Shown here piece by piece: positions 26,167 to 35,440 of a stretch of DNA of 64,000 bases (the stretch's first letter is position 1; every line of letters starts with the position of its first letter). The stretch comes from an uncultured Acidobacteriota bacterium (lineage in GTDB: Bacteria > Acidobacteriota > Terriglobia > Acidiferrales > UBA7541). The DNA lies in contig CAVVMU010000010.1 of NCBI GenBank assembly GCA_963749435.1, positions 570,678 to 634,677 of the forward strand. Reading direction: 5' to 3'. The position numbers were made by a program, and so were the translations under genes. The notes under the pieces are model-generated. The model saw only the letters and a list, made by a program, of their open reading frames with translations. It was not told the DNA's origin and made no database searches.

Positions 26167-27484
26167 CATAAGCGCTAAGATAAGCAATCAATTTGTGGTT
26201 TTCGTTTCCGATGGGGTTCGCTCAGGGCTGCGGCGATTTGGTTCCAACTCTGCAACACCGCTTGCAGCGGCACCTCTGGGAGCAGCGCTGCGATTACCTG
26301 GTGGAATGCAAACTGAAACTCACGCCACCGGCTGCGGGTTCTCAGTTTCGGGTAAGGAGTAGCCCCAGGGGGAAATCGTTCTTCCTACTCGTGCCAACTT
26401 TTGGCTCAGCAAGGCCACGAACAGTTTGCCGTACAACCAAGCACGGGTGCTTTGGTCATCATGTTTGGGGACATGTCCTAATTGGGCGATCGACTTCAAG
26501 CGTTTGAAGGTCAACTCGATTTGCCATCGCAGGCGATAACATTCCAGAACTTGTCGCGCGGTTGCGCTAGCCGAGGAAAGCGTCGTGAACACCAGCACAT
26601 ACTGGGCGTATTGCCACGTTTCAGGGCTGACCACCTTTCCCCGTTTCTCCGCCAGCCTCTTTTGCGCCCGTGCCATCGCTTCGCGACTCTTGCGAATGGC
26701 GCAGAGCCGCCCCGCAATCCGGTGTTGGCCGGAATGCACCCATACCGGCCACGCGTTCACGTCCCCCGCCTCTTGCAGCCCGGCCAAGGATTCCAGCAAC
26801 GGAAATGACTTGCTCCGCTTATCCCACAAAGGCAGGGCGTGAGGATTCAGGCGCACACACACATCCGCCTGTTGCTCGACCACCGCCGCAATCCCGGCCG
26901 GATGGCAGTAGCCCGCATCGGCCAGAACCAGTTCGCCAGCACGGAAACGAAAACGTCCGAACTTCTCTCCGGCGCCTTCGCCTTCGGTGGCAGTGAGAGC
27001 GAAATAATCGCACTCCAACGTGGGCAAGCGCAGGCTGTAGTGAATCCGCCACTGGCTGCCCGTCCTGCCTGGTTCGCGAACCACGGTGGCGTCCAGCAGA
27101 CGCACGTTGCGGCCCTGTAGCCTCGGCTGCAAATCGACCCCGCTGTCCTTCCATAGCCGCTGACACAACTGCCGCAGCCAATCCTCAGCATCCCGTAAGC
27201 GATTCAACAGTGTGACATCCGAGACGTTGGCAATCCCTGCCAACTTTGCTTGCACCGCCGTCTCGCGCAGCGACCAACCACAGCCCACATGCAACAGCAG
27301 CGTACGCAGCAAGGCTTCCAACGACGGGAAGCCGCGCAACCGCCGCACCGCTCCGCTGCTCCTCCCCAACTGCCGCCACTCCAGGGGAAATAGCCCCAGC
27401 AGAATCTCCCAGTCTTCCAGTTCAGCCATGTGCGGAGGCTACATCTAACCCAGCAACCAGTCAACTGTTATCTTAGCGCTTATG
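26167..27484 (-). mobile_element. IS4-family insertion sequence (1318 bp)
   Basis: Perfect 17-bp terminal inverted repeats: CATAAGCGCTAAGATAA (26167-26183) and TTATCTTAGCGCTTATG (27468-27484). They enclose a single DDE transposase ORF. Both flanks are G-rich (G17 on the left, GGGGAGGGGGGGG on the right), consistent with a target-site duplication. Confidence 0.85.
26320..27429 (-). CDS. IS4-family DDE transposase
   Basis: 369-aa ORF with LLDATVV (D1 region), LVLADAGY (D2) and the C-terminal YRLRWQIELTFKRLKS, which is the Y-(2)-R-(3)-E-(6)-K signature of IS4-family enzymes. Confidence 0.9.
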   Translation of the reverse strand: MAELEDWEILLGLFPLEWRQLGRSSGAVRRLRGFPSLEALLRTLLLHVGCGWSLRETAVQAKLAGIANVSDVTLLNRLRDAEDWLRQLCQRLWKDSGVDLQPRLQGRNVRLLDATVVREPGRTGSQWRIHYSLRLPTLECDYFALTATEGEGAGEKFGRFRFRAGELVLADAGYCHPAGIAAVVEQQADVCVRLNPHALPLWDKRSKSFPLLESLAGLQEAGDVNAWPVWVHSGQHRIAGRLCAIRKSREAMARAQKRLAEKRGKVVSPETWQYAQYVLVFTTLSSASATARQVLECYRLRWQIELTFKRLKSIAQLGHVPKHDDQSTRAWLYGKLFVALLSQKLARVGRTISPWGYSLPETENPQPVA

Positions 27485-27595
27485 GGGGAGGGGGGGGACG
27501 ATTTTCTGAGTCTCCCCACCGGGGTATACCTCCATAGTCGGTACTGTGCCAATTTCCGGTAAGCGTTTACCAGGAATTGCGATAAGCAGTGATCA

Positions 27596-29407
27596 TCACG
27601 GGATCACTACGCCGCGATTTGCTGCGCCCATTTGGGCCCCTTCGGAATCTCGTACTACGGTGCGAACCAGCAACGTTCCTGGTTGGAGATCAAAGCTCAA
27701 TTTCACGTTCAGGCCCGTCTTGTTCACTCGTTCCAGGGTTACATCTTTCAGCCGCAGGTCGAGGACTCGCTGCAGGCCGGCAAGCATTCTCCCGTTCTCG
27801 TCGAAGATGGCAGTGGTGATCGTCAACGTATCCTGGTTGCGTCCATCCACCTTACGAAACTTGAGTTCTTCGGTCCCTACATGGGTGACCACGGTGAGGT
27901 GGGCTCCGTCCGCGCCCTTGAAGAATTGCGCCTGGCATTCGATGGGTAGCTCGCGCAGTTCCTCCTGCGAGAAGACCGCCTGCTGGATCTCCTCTCTGGC
28001 CGCAGTTTCGGGGTTGGATTTGCCGCCCGGGGCGAAATAGCCGTGGCGGGCCTGCAGCCCCCATTTTTCTTTGTTCACTAACGTCACTTTTAGAGTGTGA
28101 TACTTCCCATCGATCTTTAAGTTTTGTGGTGTAAATCCCAGTACATAGGAAACTTCTGGCTCGGCCGCGGCATGCAGCAGACCTTGATCAATGTCATTCC
28201 GGTCGTGAAAGAAAACTCCGCCGGTGCCGTCTGCCAGGTCCGCGAGCGGCGCGAAGTGCGTTTCTTCTTCCCTCATTGTGGATTGTGTCTTCAGAGGACT
28301 AACAGAGGCGGTGGTGGCTAAGTTGGATGCGTCATAGACGGAGGATACCCACAGGCCCCGCGCATCAATCGTATTGATCACAACATTTTCTTTCGTGGCC
28401 CGGTCGATGACCTCCCCTTCCGGCTGATGCATTGATGGAAGCACGAAAAATCCCGGCGACATCATCACGATGACGCGCTGTCCGGGCAGGACGCTCATCC
28501 TTCGAATTAAAGCCTCCAGAGTTTGATACGTACGCTGTTCCTCCGCTTCCGCGATATTCAGCACCATCGAGGCCGCTGCCCCTACAATACCCGCGGCTGT
28601 CTGAGCCGCGCCTGGGTCTTTGGGCGAAATCCCGCTGCAATTCATGTAGTCCTGGATGGCCACTTGTATCGCGGAGGGGTCGATGGCAGCTGCAATCATA
28701 AATGCTTCGTCCAAGGTCATCGGCGGACAGCCCGCAGAGCTTTGCACGAGTGAATGCGGCAAGATTCGCTGGACCGCCTCCTCGAGTTTCCCTCGGTCCG
28801 CCGTAAAATCCTGTGCCACTTGACCGGAGGTGGTGAAAATGGAGAGGCGGTCGCGAGCCCCCATGGCCGCGAAGAGCTTCGCGGTGGCCTGTCGCGAAAA
28901 CATGGCGTCTTGAAGCGACAGATGGAGATCGTCGAAGAATAATGCGACGAACCTTTGCGGCAAAACTGCCGCTTTCACCGGTGTTCCTTCCGAAGTTGCC
29001 TCCTCTGAATCGACGGTAGGCGCGTGGGAAGCAGGAGTCTCTACGGAAAAACTCGAAATGATCTGTGGTCTGCGGTCGTCCGCGAGTTGAAAATCTTCCT
29101 TTTTCAGATTGGAAACGACCTTGCCGTTGCTGTCGCGCACAACGACGTGCACAAGGACTAAGTTGACGCGCACCTTAAACGTCGCAGGAGAATCGTGCGA
29201 AACGATTTCGTCGTTGGATGCCTTCGCGTCCGGTTTGGGGGCGTTTTGGGATGTGTCAGCCGGTGGGGCTTGAGGAGCTTGCGCAGTTGCGGATTGCGCT
29301 TGGGTGTCTGCAACGGGCAAACCGAAGGTGGAGAGCATGCCGCCAAGCAGAGCGAGCCAGACGGTTCTCGTAAGACTACCCGAAGTACGCCCGAGTAGAA
29401 TCGTCAC
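27596..29407 (-). CDS. VWA-domain protein of the acidobacterial VWFA-related type, secreted
   Basis: 603-aa ORF with a signal/TM N-terminus, then FKVRVNLVLVHVVVRDSNGKVVSNLKKEDFQLADDRRPQIISSF (the pattern I associate with TIGR03436), and a central VWA-like region. Confidence 0.8.
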   Translation of the reverse strand: MTILLGRTSGSLTRTVWLALLGGMLSTFGLPVADTQAQSATAQAPQAPPADTSQNAPKPDAKASNDEIVSHDSPATFKVRVNLVLVHVVVRDSNGKVVSNLKKEDFQLADDRRPQIISSFSVETPASHAPTVDSEEATSEGTPVKAAVLPQRFVALFFDDLHLSLQDAMFSRQATAKLFAAMGARDRLSIFTTSGQVAQDFTADRGKLEEAVQRILPHSLVQSSAGCPPMTLDEAFMIAAAIDPSAIQVAIQDYMNCSGISPKDPGAAQTAAGIVGAAASMVLNIAEAEEQRTYQTLEALIRRMSVLPGQRVIVMMSPGFFVLPSMHQPEGEVIDRATKENVVINTIDARGLWVSSVYDASNLATTASVSPLKTQSTMREEETHFAPLADLADGTGGVFFHDRNDIDQGLLHAAAEPEVSYVLGFTPQNLKIDGKYHTLKVTLVNKEKWGLQARHGYFAPGGKSNPETAAREEIQQAVFSQEELRELPIECQAQFFKGADGAHLTVVTHVGTEELKFRKVDGRNQDTLTITTAIFDENGRMLAGLQRVLDLRLKDVTLERVNKTGLNVKLSFDLQPGTLLVRTVVRDSEGAQMGAANRGVVIP

Positions 29408-29791
29408 TACGCATCCCCCCTTGAGCTTGCGTCAATCTACTGTTAATGCCACGAGCCCGTCAGCCTTGAGACTTGCTCGCACAATTGAGATGGGCGTGCC
29501 CAAATTCGCTCGCATCTAATGTAATGACGAGAAAACCGGACTTTCGGGTACGGCCGGGTTGGAATCCATCACTCAGTGAGCAGGGATCTGGTTACCGACT
29601 CCTGGTTTGTCGATTATTACCGGCCAATATTTTGAATCACACCCCTAAAAGCTGCAGGCGAGAAGGGTTATTCTCTTTCAGTTGGGTTTTTGTTTCAGGA
29701 GGAAGGAGCTCCGCTTCCGGCTGCGATCTTGGCGGGTCAACGCCGGAGGGCAGAGCCCCAATACGCTACGATTCTGTTTATCCCATTTTCC

Positions 29792-30301
29792 GTGGCGCCG
29801 CACAAGCTCGAAACGGATTGGGCCACGAGTTGCGCCGAGGTCATTCTGCGGCGATGTCCCGCTTGTGAACACGATTCGATCATCGGCCACGGACGCCGCC
29901 TCAAACAGGCGCACGATGAACACCACGACTGGATCGGGATCCGTCGCGGTCGCTGCCCCGGTTGCGGGAAAACCTTCACCTTCCTTCCACTGTTTTCTCT
30001 CCCTTACACCCATTACAGCTTGCCGACTCGTTGCCAGGCATTGCGGCGGCGCTTTGCGGAGCATTGCTCCTGGGAAGAGGCAGTGCCTACGCTCAAAGAT
30101 CCTAATCGCGTGCCTGATCCTTCCACACTTCGCCGCTGGGCCCACGGACTGGACCGCTCCCAACCGGCACTTTCCTTTCTCCACCAAGCGCTCGCCCGCA
30201 TGGCTCACTGGTCGGCGCTTGGTGATCCGCCCAATCACCAAGCTGGGCTTTTGTCTGGGCTGATTCCGGTTCTGCAAATTCTTTGGCCCTTGCGGCTCTG
30301 A
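29792..30301 (+). CDS. Cys4 zinc-ribbon protein, DUF6431-like
   Basis: Track ORF 29690..30301. The likely start is the in-frame GTG at 29792. It contains RRCPACEHDSIIGHGRR...IGIRRGRCPGCGKTFTFLPLF, a two-CxxC pattern I recall for DUF6431. Confidence 0.6.
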   Translation: MAPHKLETDWATSCAEVILRRCPACEHDSIIGHGRRLKQAHDEHHDWIGIRRGRCPGCGKTFTFLPLFSLPYTHYSLPTRCQALRRRFAEHCSWEEAVPTLKDPNRVPDPSTLRRWAHGLDRSQPALSFLHQALARMAHWSALGDPPNHQAGLLSGLIPVLQILWPLRL

Positions 30302-30335
30302 GAAATTTCCTCCTGCCCACCATCCTTGCCTGGGA

Positions 30336-31376
30336 ATGCTGGCCACCTTCTCCTATGTTCGCCTCCAGAGGCAAAACTGCGCCGTGGGCGAGGATATCGA
30401 AAAACTGAAACAGCGCCTTTCGCTGCTCGATTATCTGCGGCAGCAGCATTGGGCCGCCCGGCCTATCGCTTTCGGCCCCGAGTTCGTCGGACTCTGTCCG
30501 CTACATCCGGAAACCCGGCCTTCGTTCTATGTCAACACTCGCAAGAATCTCTTCTACTGTCACGGTTGCGGCCAGGGCGGCGATCTCCTTCGCTTTGTCC
30601 AGTTGTCCCGTCATCTTTCCTTCCGCCAAAGTCTCGCCTACCTCCAGCAGCAAAGCGCTCTTACAGCTGACCCTGCCGCCGTGCTGGAGCAAGCCGCCAC
30701 TTTCTATCAACAGCAACTCGAACGCTACCCCGAGGCACGGCGCTATCTCGAGCAACGAGGACTGCGCGATCCCCTCCTGATCAAAGAACTGCGCATCGGT
30801 TATGCCCCCGGCGGGAGCTTGCGCCGACATCTCGCGGCTCAAGGTTATTCTTGCGAGCTCCTAAAACGTCTCGGCCTTCTCAACCCACAAGGCTGCGACG
30901 CTTTCTACCGGCGCGTCATCTTCCCGTGCTGCCAAGGCGGACGCGTCGTCAACCTCTACGGCCGCAGTGTCGCTGCCGCCTTCGCCCATCGATTCCTCCC
31001 CGGCTCGAAGGGCGGCTTGTTCGCCTGGGAATCGGTTCGCCAGTTTCCTGCGGCGATTCTGGTGGAAGGTCTGTTCGATCTCGCAGTGTTGTAGCACGCC
31101 GGTTTTCGCCACGCCACCTGTTCGTTGGGCACCCATCTCAACGCTGACCAGTTTCAACAGTTGTGCGACCGTCCGCGCACCGTTTATCTCACCTTCGATG
31201 TCGACGCCAACGGCAGTGGACAACAAGCCTCGCAACAGTTAGCGCAGCGTCTGTGCGCGCAAGGCATCGCCACTCGCCGCGTTCTCCTGCCCGAGGGCCA
31301 CGATCCGAACTCTTTCTTCGTCCAGGGCGGTGACGCAGGACAGTTTCAAACTCTTCTGGAGGCTGCTCAGCCATGA
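30336..31376 (+). pseudogene. DnaG-type primase (CHC2 zinc finger + Toprim) interrupted by one in-frame TAG
   Basis: ORFs 30336..31094 and 31125..31376 are in the same frame, separated only by TAG at 31092-31094. The N-part has CPLHPETRPSFYVNTRKNLFYCHGCGQGGD (CHC2). The Toprim Glu (ILVEGLFDLAVL) lies just before the stop, and the Toprim DxD (LTFDVDANGSG) lies after it. Confidence 0.75.
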
Positions 31377-32419
31377 AGTTCTGTGTGCACTACCAGCAGA
31401 CCTCCCACAACGCACAAAGTCCGGTTCGTGTCGTCGAGCAGACCACTGGCCGAGGCATCGGCTGGATCAATCGTTACTTGGATCGCGAATATATCCGCCG
31501 CTTGGCGAACACCACTCTGCGCATCTACGCTCACAACCTGCTGCACTTTGTTCGCTGGTGGGAGAGTGTTCATCACATCGGCGACGTTAGGGAAGATGAC
31601 CTTACCGAGTCCACGCTCCTGGACTATCTGCGCTTCCAGTCCAGCCAACAACCTCGGCCTTCCCCTTCCACCATCAATGACCGCGTGGCCGTCGCCGAGC
31701 GCGCCATCCGCAACGAGTTCCCCGATGCTCCCTGCCAGATCGCCCGCGGCTTTCATCAAGCTTTTTTGCGGCGAAGGCCGATGGGTCTTGGCCGGCGGCA
31801 AGTAGCGATGAGCCGACTGCGCGTGAAGGTGCCCAAACGCAACATCGTGCCGCTCTCGGTGGATGAAGTAGCGCGCTTCTGGTCGAGTTTCCGCACTTCG
31901 CGCGACTTGGCCATCGTGGGCTTGATGTTACTGCAAGGGCTGCGGTCCGCCGAAGTATTGGCTTTGAATCGCGACGGCGCGTTGCTTTCCGAAGCACAAC
32001 TTCGCGTTCCAGGCAAAGGCAAGAAATTTCGTCTCTTGCCGTTGGCGCCAGAAACTGTGCAACTGCTCGAACACTACCTGCGATTGGAACGGCCCAATCC
32101 CTGCTCCGCCGCGCTCTTCGTCTCACTCAAAGGACACGCGCGCGGAACTCGTATGACCGCTGCGGGATTACGATCCTTATTCCGCTACCATCGCCAGGCC
32201 ACCGGCATTCAGCTCGCCAACCCTCATCGATTTCGCCACACCTTTGCCTCCGACATGATCCGCGCCGGAATGAGTCTTCCCGCGCTCATGCAGTTGATGG
32301 GTCACGCCGATATCCAGACCACGCTGCTGTATGTGCAAGTCACCCCACAAGACGTCTATCTGCAATATGCGCGCGCCGTGGCGCAGCACATTCGTCCTCT
32401 TCCGAGGACTCCCTCATGA
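31373..32419 (+). CDS. Tyrosine-type recombinase/integrase (first of tandem pair)
   Basis: 348-aa ORF with ...LRSAEVLAL...(Arg I region), NPHRFRHTFASDMIRAG, LMGHADIQTTLLYVQV (H-x-x-R, H, Y catalytic set). ATGA overlap with the primase stop. Confidence 0.9.
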   Translation: MKFCVHYQQTSHNAQSPVRVVEQTTGRGIGWINRYLDREYIRRLANTTLRIYAHNLLHFVRWWESVHHIGDVREDDLTESTLLDYLRFQSSQQPRPSPSTINDRVAVAERAIRNEFPDAPCQIARGFHQAFLRRRPMGLGRRQVAMSRLRVKVPKRNIVPLSVDEVARFWSSFRTSRDLAIVGLMLLQGLRSAEVLALNRDGALLSEAQLRVPGKGKKFRLLPLAPETVQLLEHYLRLERPNPCSAALFVSLKGHARGTRMTAAGLRSLFRYHRQATGIQLANPHRFRHTFASDMIRAGMSLPALMQLMGHADIQTTLLYVQVTPQDVYLQYARAVAQHIRPLPRTPS

Positions 32420-33555
32420 ACCGCGCGCGACGCCCTCCGCTACGACATCCTCTGGCTCCGGTCTTCGACCGGGCAGTCGATTCCTTCAGCGTGGCACTCA
32501 GTCCCGGAACCATTCGTCAACACCGCGGGACGGCACGCAACTTCCTAAACTATCTCGGCGCTGATCATCCGGAGGTGAAGTGCCTCGACCAATTGCGTCG
32601 TGAACCCCACATCCTCGGCTGGATGTCCCGCCTGCACTCGCAAGCGCCGCCGCTGTCCACGGCGTCCTATATCAATCGGCTTATCGCTCTACGTTCTATT
32701 TTCAACGAGCTGGCTTGGACCGAACAGCTTTCTGCACTCGCTCATCTGATCCGCCGCGAGGACATTCCGCGCCTCCCGCAAAGACTTCCACGCCCACTCA
32801 CGGCAGAGCAGGACGAACTGCTGCAGCAGGAGTTCCGCTTGCGCAATGATCTCGGCGGCAACGTCTTTCTGCTCATCCGTCACACCGGCATGCGCATCGG
32901 TGAGTGTGCCGATCTGTCCTTCGACTGCCTGCGCTCTACCGGCCCAGGTCAATGGGCGATTCACGTGCCGCTCGGCAAACTCAAAACGGAACGTATGGTC
33001 CCCGTAGATCCCTTTGTGTGTGAACTCGTCCAACGCCTCCGCTTCTTTCGTTCTCTTGATCCGCAGCCTGCCGATGGACGGCTCCTGGCCCGTCTGGGCG
33101 CCAAAGACACGCTCCTTCGCAACTTTCGTGATTACTTGCATCAAGTCTGCCATTCGCTCGGCCTTTCCACGCACATCGTCCCCCACCAATTTCGTCACAC
33201 CTATGCCTCGGAAATGCTTCGAGCCGGCGTTGGTTTTCCCGCGGTAATGAAATTACTCGGTCACACCTCTCCCGAAATGACCATGCAATATCTTGATGTC
33301 ACGTTGAATGATCTCCAGCGGGCATTTGAGCTGGCTCGCTCAAAACCTCGGCATCTGGTTCCGCAACCGAGGGTGCCGTCTGCCCCCCTTCGAACTGGCC
33401 TCGGCGGAGTGCTCGATTCTTTGCTTGCTACTCAACATGTGCTCGAAACGTTCCGCCGCTCGCTGCCAAACGGAACTTCTCGCCGTCGCCTGGACCGGCT
33501 CTCCAACCGCCTCACCAAAATCCTTAGCGAAGCTCGCAAGCTCCCGACACCCTGA
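32416..33555 (+). CDS. Tyrosine-type recombinase/integrase (second of tandem pair)
   Basis: 379-aa ORF with TGMRIGECADL, VPHQFRHTYASEMLRAG and LLGHTSPEMTMQYLDV. ATGA overlap with the first recombinase. Confidence 0.9.
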   Translation: MNRARRPPLRHPLAPVFDRAVDSFSVALSPGTIRQHRGTARNFLNYLGADHPEVKCLDQLRREPHILGWMSRLHSQAPPLSTASYINRLIALRSIFNELAWTEQLSALAHLIRREDIPRLPQRLPRPLTAEQDELLQQEFRLRNDLGGNVFLLIRHTGMRIGECADLSFDCLRSTGPGQWAIHVPLGKLKTERMVPVDPFVCELVQRLRFFRSLDPQPADGRLLARLGAKDTLLRNFRDYLHQVCHSLGLSTHIVPHQFRHTYASEMLRAGVGFPAVMKLLGHTSPEMTMQYLDVTLNDLQRAFELARSKPRHLVPQPRVPSAPLRTGLGGVLDSLLATQHVLETFRRSLPNGTSRRRLDRLSNRLTKILSEARKLPTP

Positions 33556-33634
33556 ACATGGGCAGAGATTGACCGGTTATGTCGGGTAATCGGAAGCTGA
33601 TCCGGTACCCCATTGGCAGTGCGCTTGTCAAAGT

Positions 33635-34624
33635 GTGCGGCGCACCGTAAAGTGGAACGTTTGTTGCGGTGGCGTTTTAGTTGGCATGGCGATGGCATCG
33701 ACCAAGAAAAAGACAAGGAATAAAAAGAAGCCAAGCGCAGCGAATCGCACAGCTGCGAAACCGGTTACGTTGACCGCTGGAGAGTGGTTCGAGAAGCTCG
33801 CGGCGGTACAAGCGCGATTGCGTGCTCCGGATGGCTGCCCCTGGGACCGTGAGCAAACGCACGCATCGCTTCGGACCTATTTGATCGAAGAAGCTTATGA
33901 GGTTCTGGAGGCGATGGGGAGCGGAGACGATGCGAAGTTCGCTGATGAAATGGGTGATTTGCTTTTGCAAATCGTGTTTCATTCGCAGATCGCCAGGGAG
34001 GAAGGACGGTTTGAAGTTTCGGACGTAATTCGCGCGGTGCACGACAAAATGGTCAGGCGGCATCCGCACGTTTTCGGCGAGAAACGGGCGAAAGATGCGG
34101 CTGAGGTACTTAAGAATTGGGAGCAGATCAAGAAAGAAGAGCGAGCTGCGGCGGGCAAAAAGACGGAGGGAGCGAAGAAGGAATCCAAGCCCGCCTCGAT
34201 GCTGGATGGAGTTTCGCGAGCGCTGCCTGCCGGACTGGAAGGCTTTCAGCTTACGCGGCGTGCCGCGCGAATCGGATTTGATTGGGATAACGTCGAAGGC
34301 GTGTTCGACAAAATGAACGAAGAGGCGGGAGAGCTTCGGCAAGCGCTAGGCGCGAAAGACGCTGGACGCTCTGAAGAAGAGATGGGCGATTTGCTCTTTG
34401 CCGCCGTGAACCTGGCGCGTTTTCTCCATATCGACCCGGAAATTGCTCTGAAGAAAGCCAACGCGAAATTTTCCACGCGATTCCGCCGAATGGAGGCGAT
34501 GGCTGCAGAGAGCGGCAGGGCACTTGCCGATGTACCTCGCGAGCAAATGGAAGAGTATTGGGAGGCGGCAAAGCGCGCCGAGAGCGAAGCCTCGCTGAAG
34601 AAAGCGGAGGCGCGCAAAGCCTGA
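33635..34624 (+). CDS. mazG: Nucleoside triphosphate pyrophosphohydrolase MazG
   Basis: Tandem MazG repeats: CPWDREQTHASLRTYLIEEAYEVLEA...GDLLLQIVFHSQIA...HPHVFG, and a second EEAGELRQA...GDLLFAAVNLARF. The true start is possibly ATG at 33686. Confidence 0.88.
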   Translation: MRRTVKWNVCCGGVLVGMAMASTKKKTRNKKKPSAANRTAAKPVTLTAGEWFEKLAAVQARLRAPDGCPWDREQTHASLRTYLIEEAYEVLEAMGSGDDAKFADEMGDLLLQIVFHSQIAREEGRFEVSDVIRAVHDKMVRRHPHVFGEKRAKDAAEVLKNWEQIKKEERAAAGKKTEGAKKESKPASMLDGVSRALPAGLEGFQLTRRAARIGFDWDNVEGVFDKMNEEAGELRQALGAKDAGRSEEEMGDLLFAAVNLARFLHIDPEIALKKANAKFSTRFRRMEAMAAESGRALADVPREQMEEYWEAAKRAESEASLKKAEARKA

Positions 34625-35364
34625 TGAGCGAGAAGATCTCCGTACGAAAATGCGCCGGAATCGACGAGTTTCAGCGATGTGTTGCTTTGCAGAAGGAAAT
34701 CTGGGGCGAAGAGGACATCGAGGTGGAACCCGCTACGCTTTTCGTCGTGGCTTCGGAGACGGGAGGACAAGTTCTCGGCGCCTTCGACGGCGACCGTCTT
34801 ATCGGGTTCACGCTGGCACTTGTGGGATTCACGAACGGGACTGTTTTTCTCCATTCGCACATGACGGGCGTGCATGGTGAGTATCGCGACCGCGGTGTTG
34901 GCCGGGCGCTCAAGTTGTTTCAACGCGAAGAAGCACTGGGGCGGGGCATTCGTTTGATCGTGTGGACATTCGATCCCCTGGAAACACGAAATGGGCATTT
35001 CAATTTAAACCGCCTGGGCGCGATCGCGCGGAAATATCTGTCGAATCTTTATGGCCTGACCAGCAGTCCGTTGCATCTAGGACTTCCGACGGACCGATTG
35101 TGGGCGGAGTGGCAGCTGGATTCGGCGCGAGTGGCGGCAGCAGTCTCGGACTTGGCTAGGGACCCGGACTCCGCTCCCGCGACGATTGAAATTCCAGATG
35201 AACTCGATCATTGGAAACAAAGCGATATGGCAGCCGTAGCAAGAGTGCAAGCGCGTATCCGGGAGGAATTTACGGGTTGGTTTGCACGCGGTTACGCGGC
35301 CATCGGAGTGAAAAAATCAGCGACGGGAATGGCTTATTTGTTAGCCCCGTGGAGCGATTTCTAG
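34624..35364 (+). CDS. GNAT-like acyltransferase of the type found next to N-succinylamino-acid racemases (COG3375-like)
   Basis: Start ATG at 34624 overlaps the mazG TGA (ATGA). Sequence MSEKISVRKC...CVALQKEIWG...LGAFDGDRLIGFTLA...HMTGVHGEYRDRGVGRALKLFQRE...TFDPLETRNGHFNLNRLG. Confidence 0.7.
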   Translation: MSEKISVRKCAGIDEFQRCVALQKEIWGEEDIEVEPATLFVVASETGGQVLGAFDGDRLIGFTLALVGFTNGTVFLHSHMTGVHGEYRDRGVGRALKLFQREEALGRGIRLIVWTFDPLETRNGHFNLNRLGAIARKYLSNLYGLTSSPLHLGLPTDRLWAEWQLDSARVAAAVSDLARDPDSAPATIEIPDELDHWKQSDMAAVARVQARIREEFTGWFARGYAAIGVKKSATGMAYLLAPWSDF

Positions 35365-35440
35365 GCGTGCGAATTCAATAGATTCAAGGACCCAAAGGCT
35401 TTGCGGTCTTACGTGAGCAACCTCACCGCGCGGCCGCAGA

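Larger units (their letters stand above)
29611..33595 (+). mobile_element. Putative integrated element: Zn-ribbon protein + DnaG-type primase + two tandem tyrosine recombinases (boundaries tentative)
   Basis: Four co-directional genes, with overlapping start/stop codons (ATGA) joining the last three, lie between the VWFA gene and mazG. Tentative imperfect inverted ends: left GTCGATTATTACCGGCCAATATT (29611-29633), and the reverse complement of the right end CCGATTACCCGACATAACCGGTCAATCT (about 33567-33595). They share CGATTA and ACCGGNCAAT blocks. Confidence 0.45.

Noticed and set aside
29540-29580. tRNA-like T-arm sequence (CCGGGTTGGAATCC) as a possible tRNA or att target for the recombinase element
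   Set aside because: It resembles GGTTCGAATCC, but the 3' side (CCATC) cannot pair with the 5' side (CCGGG), and no acceptor or anticodon arms can be drawn. Probably coincidental.
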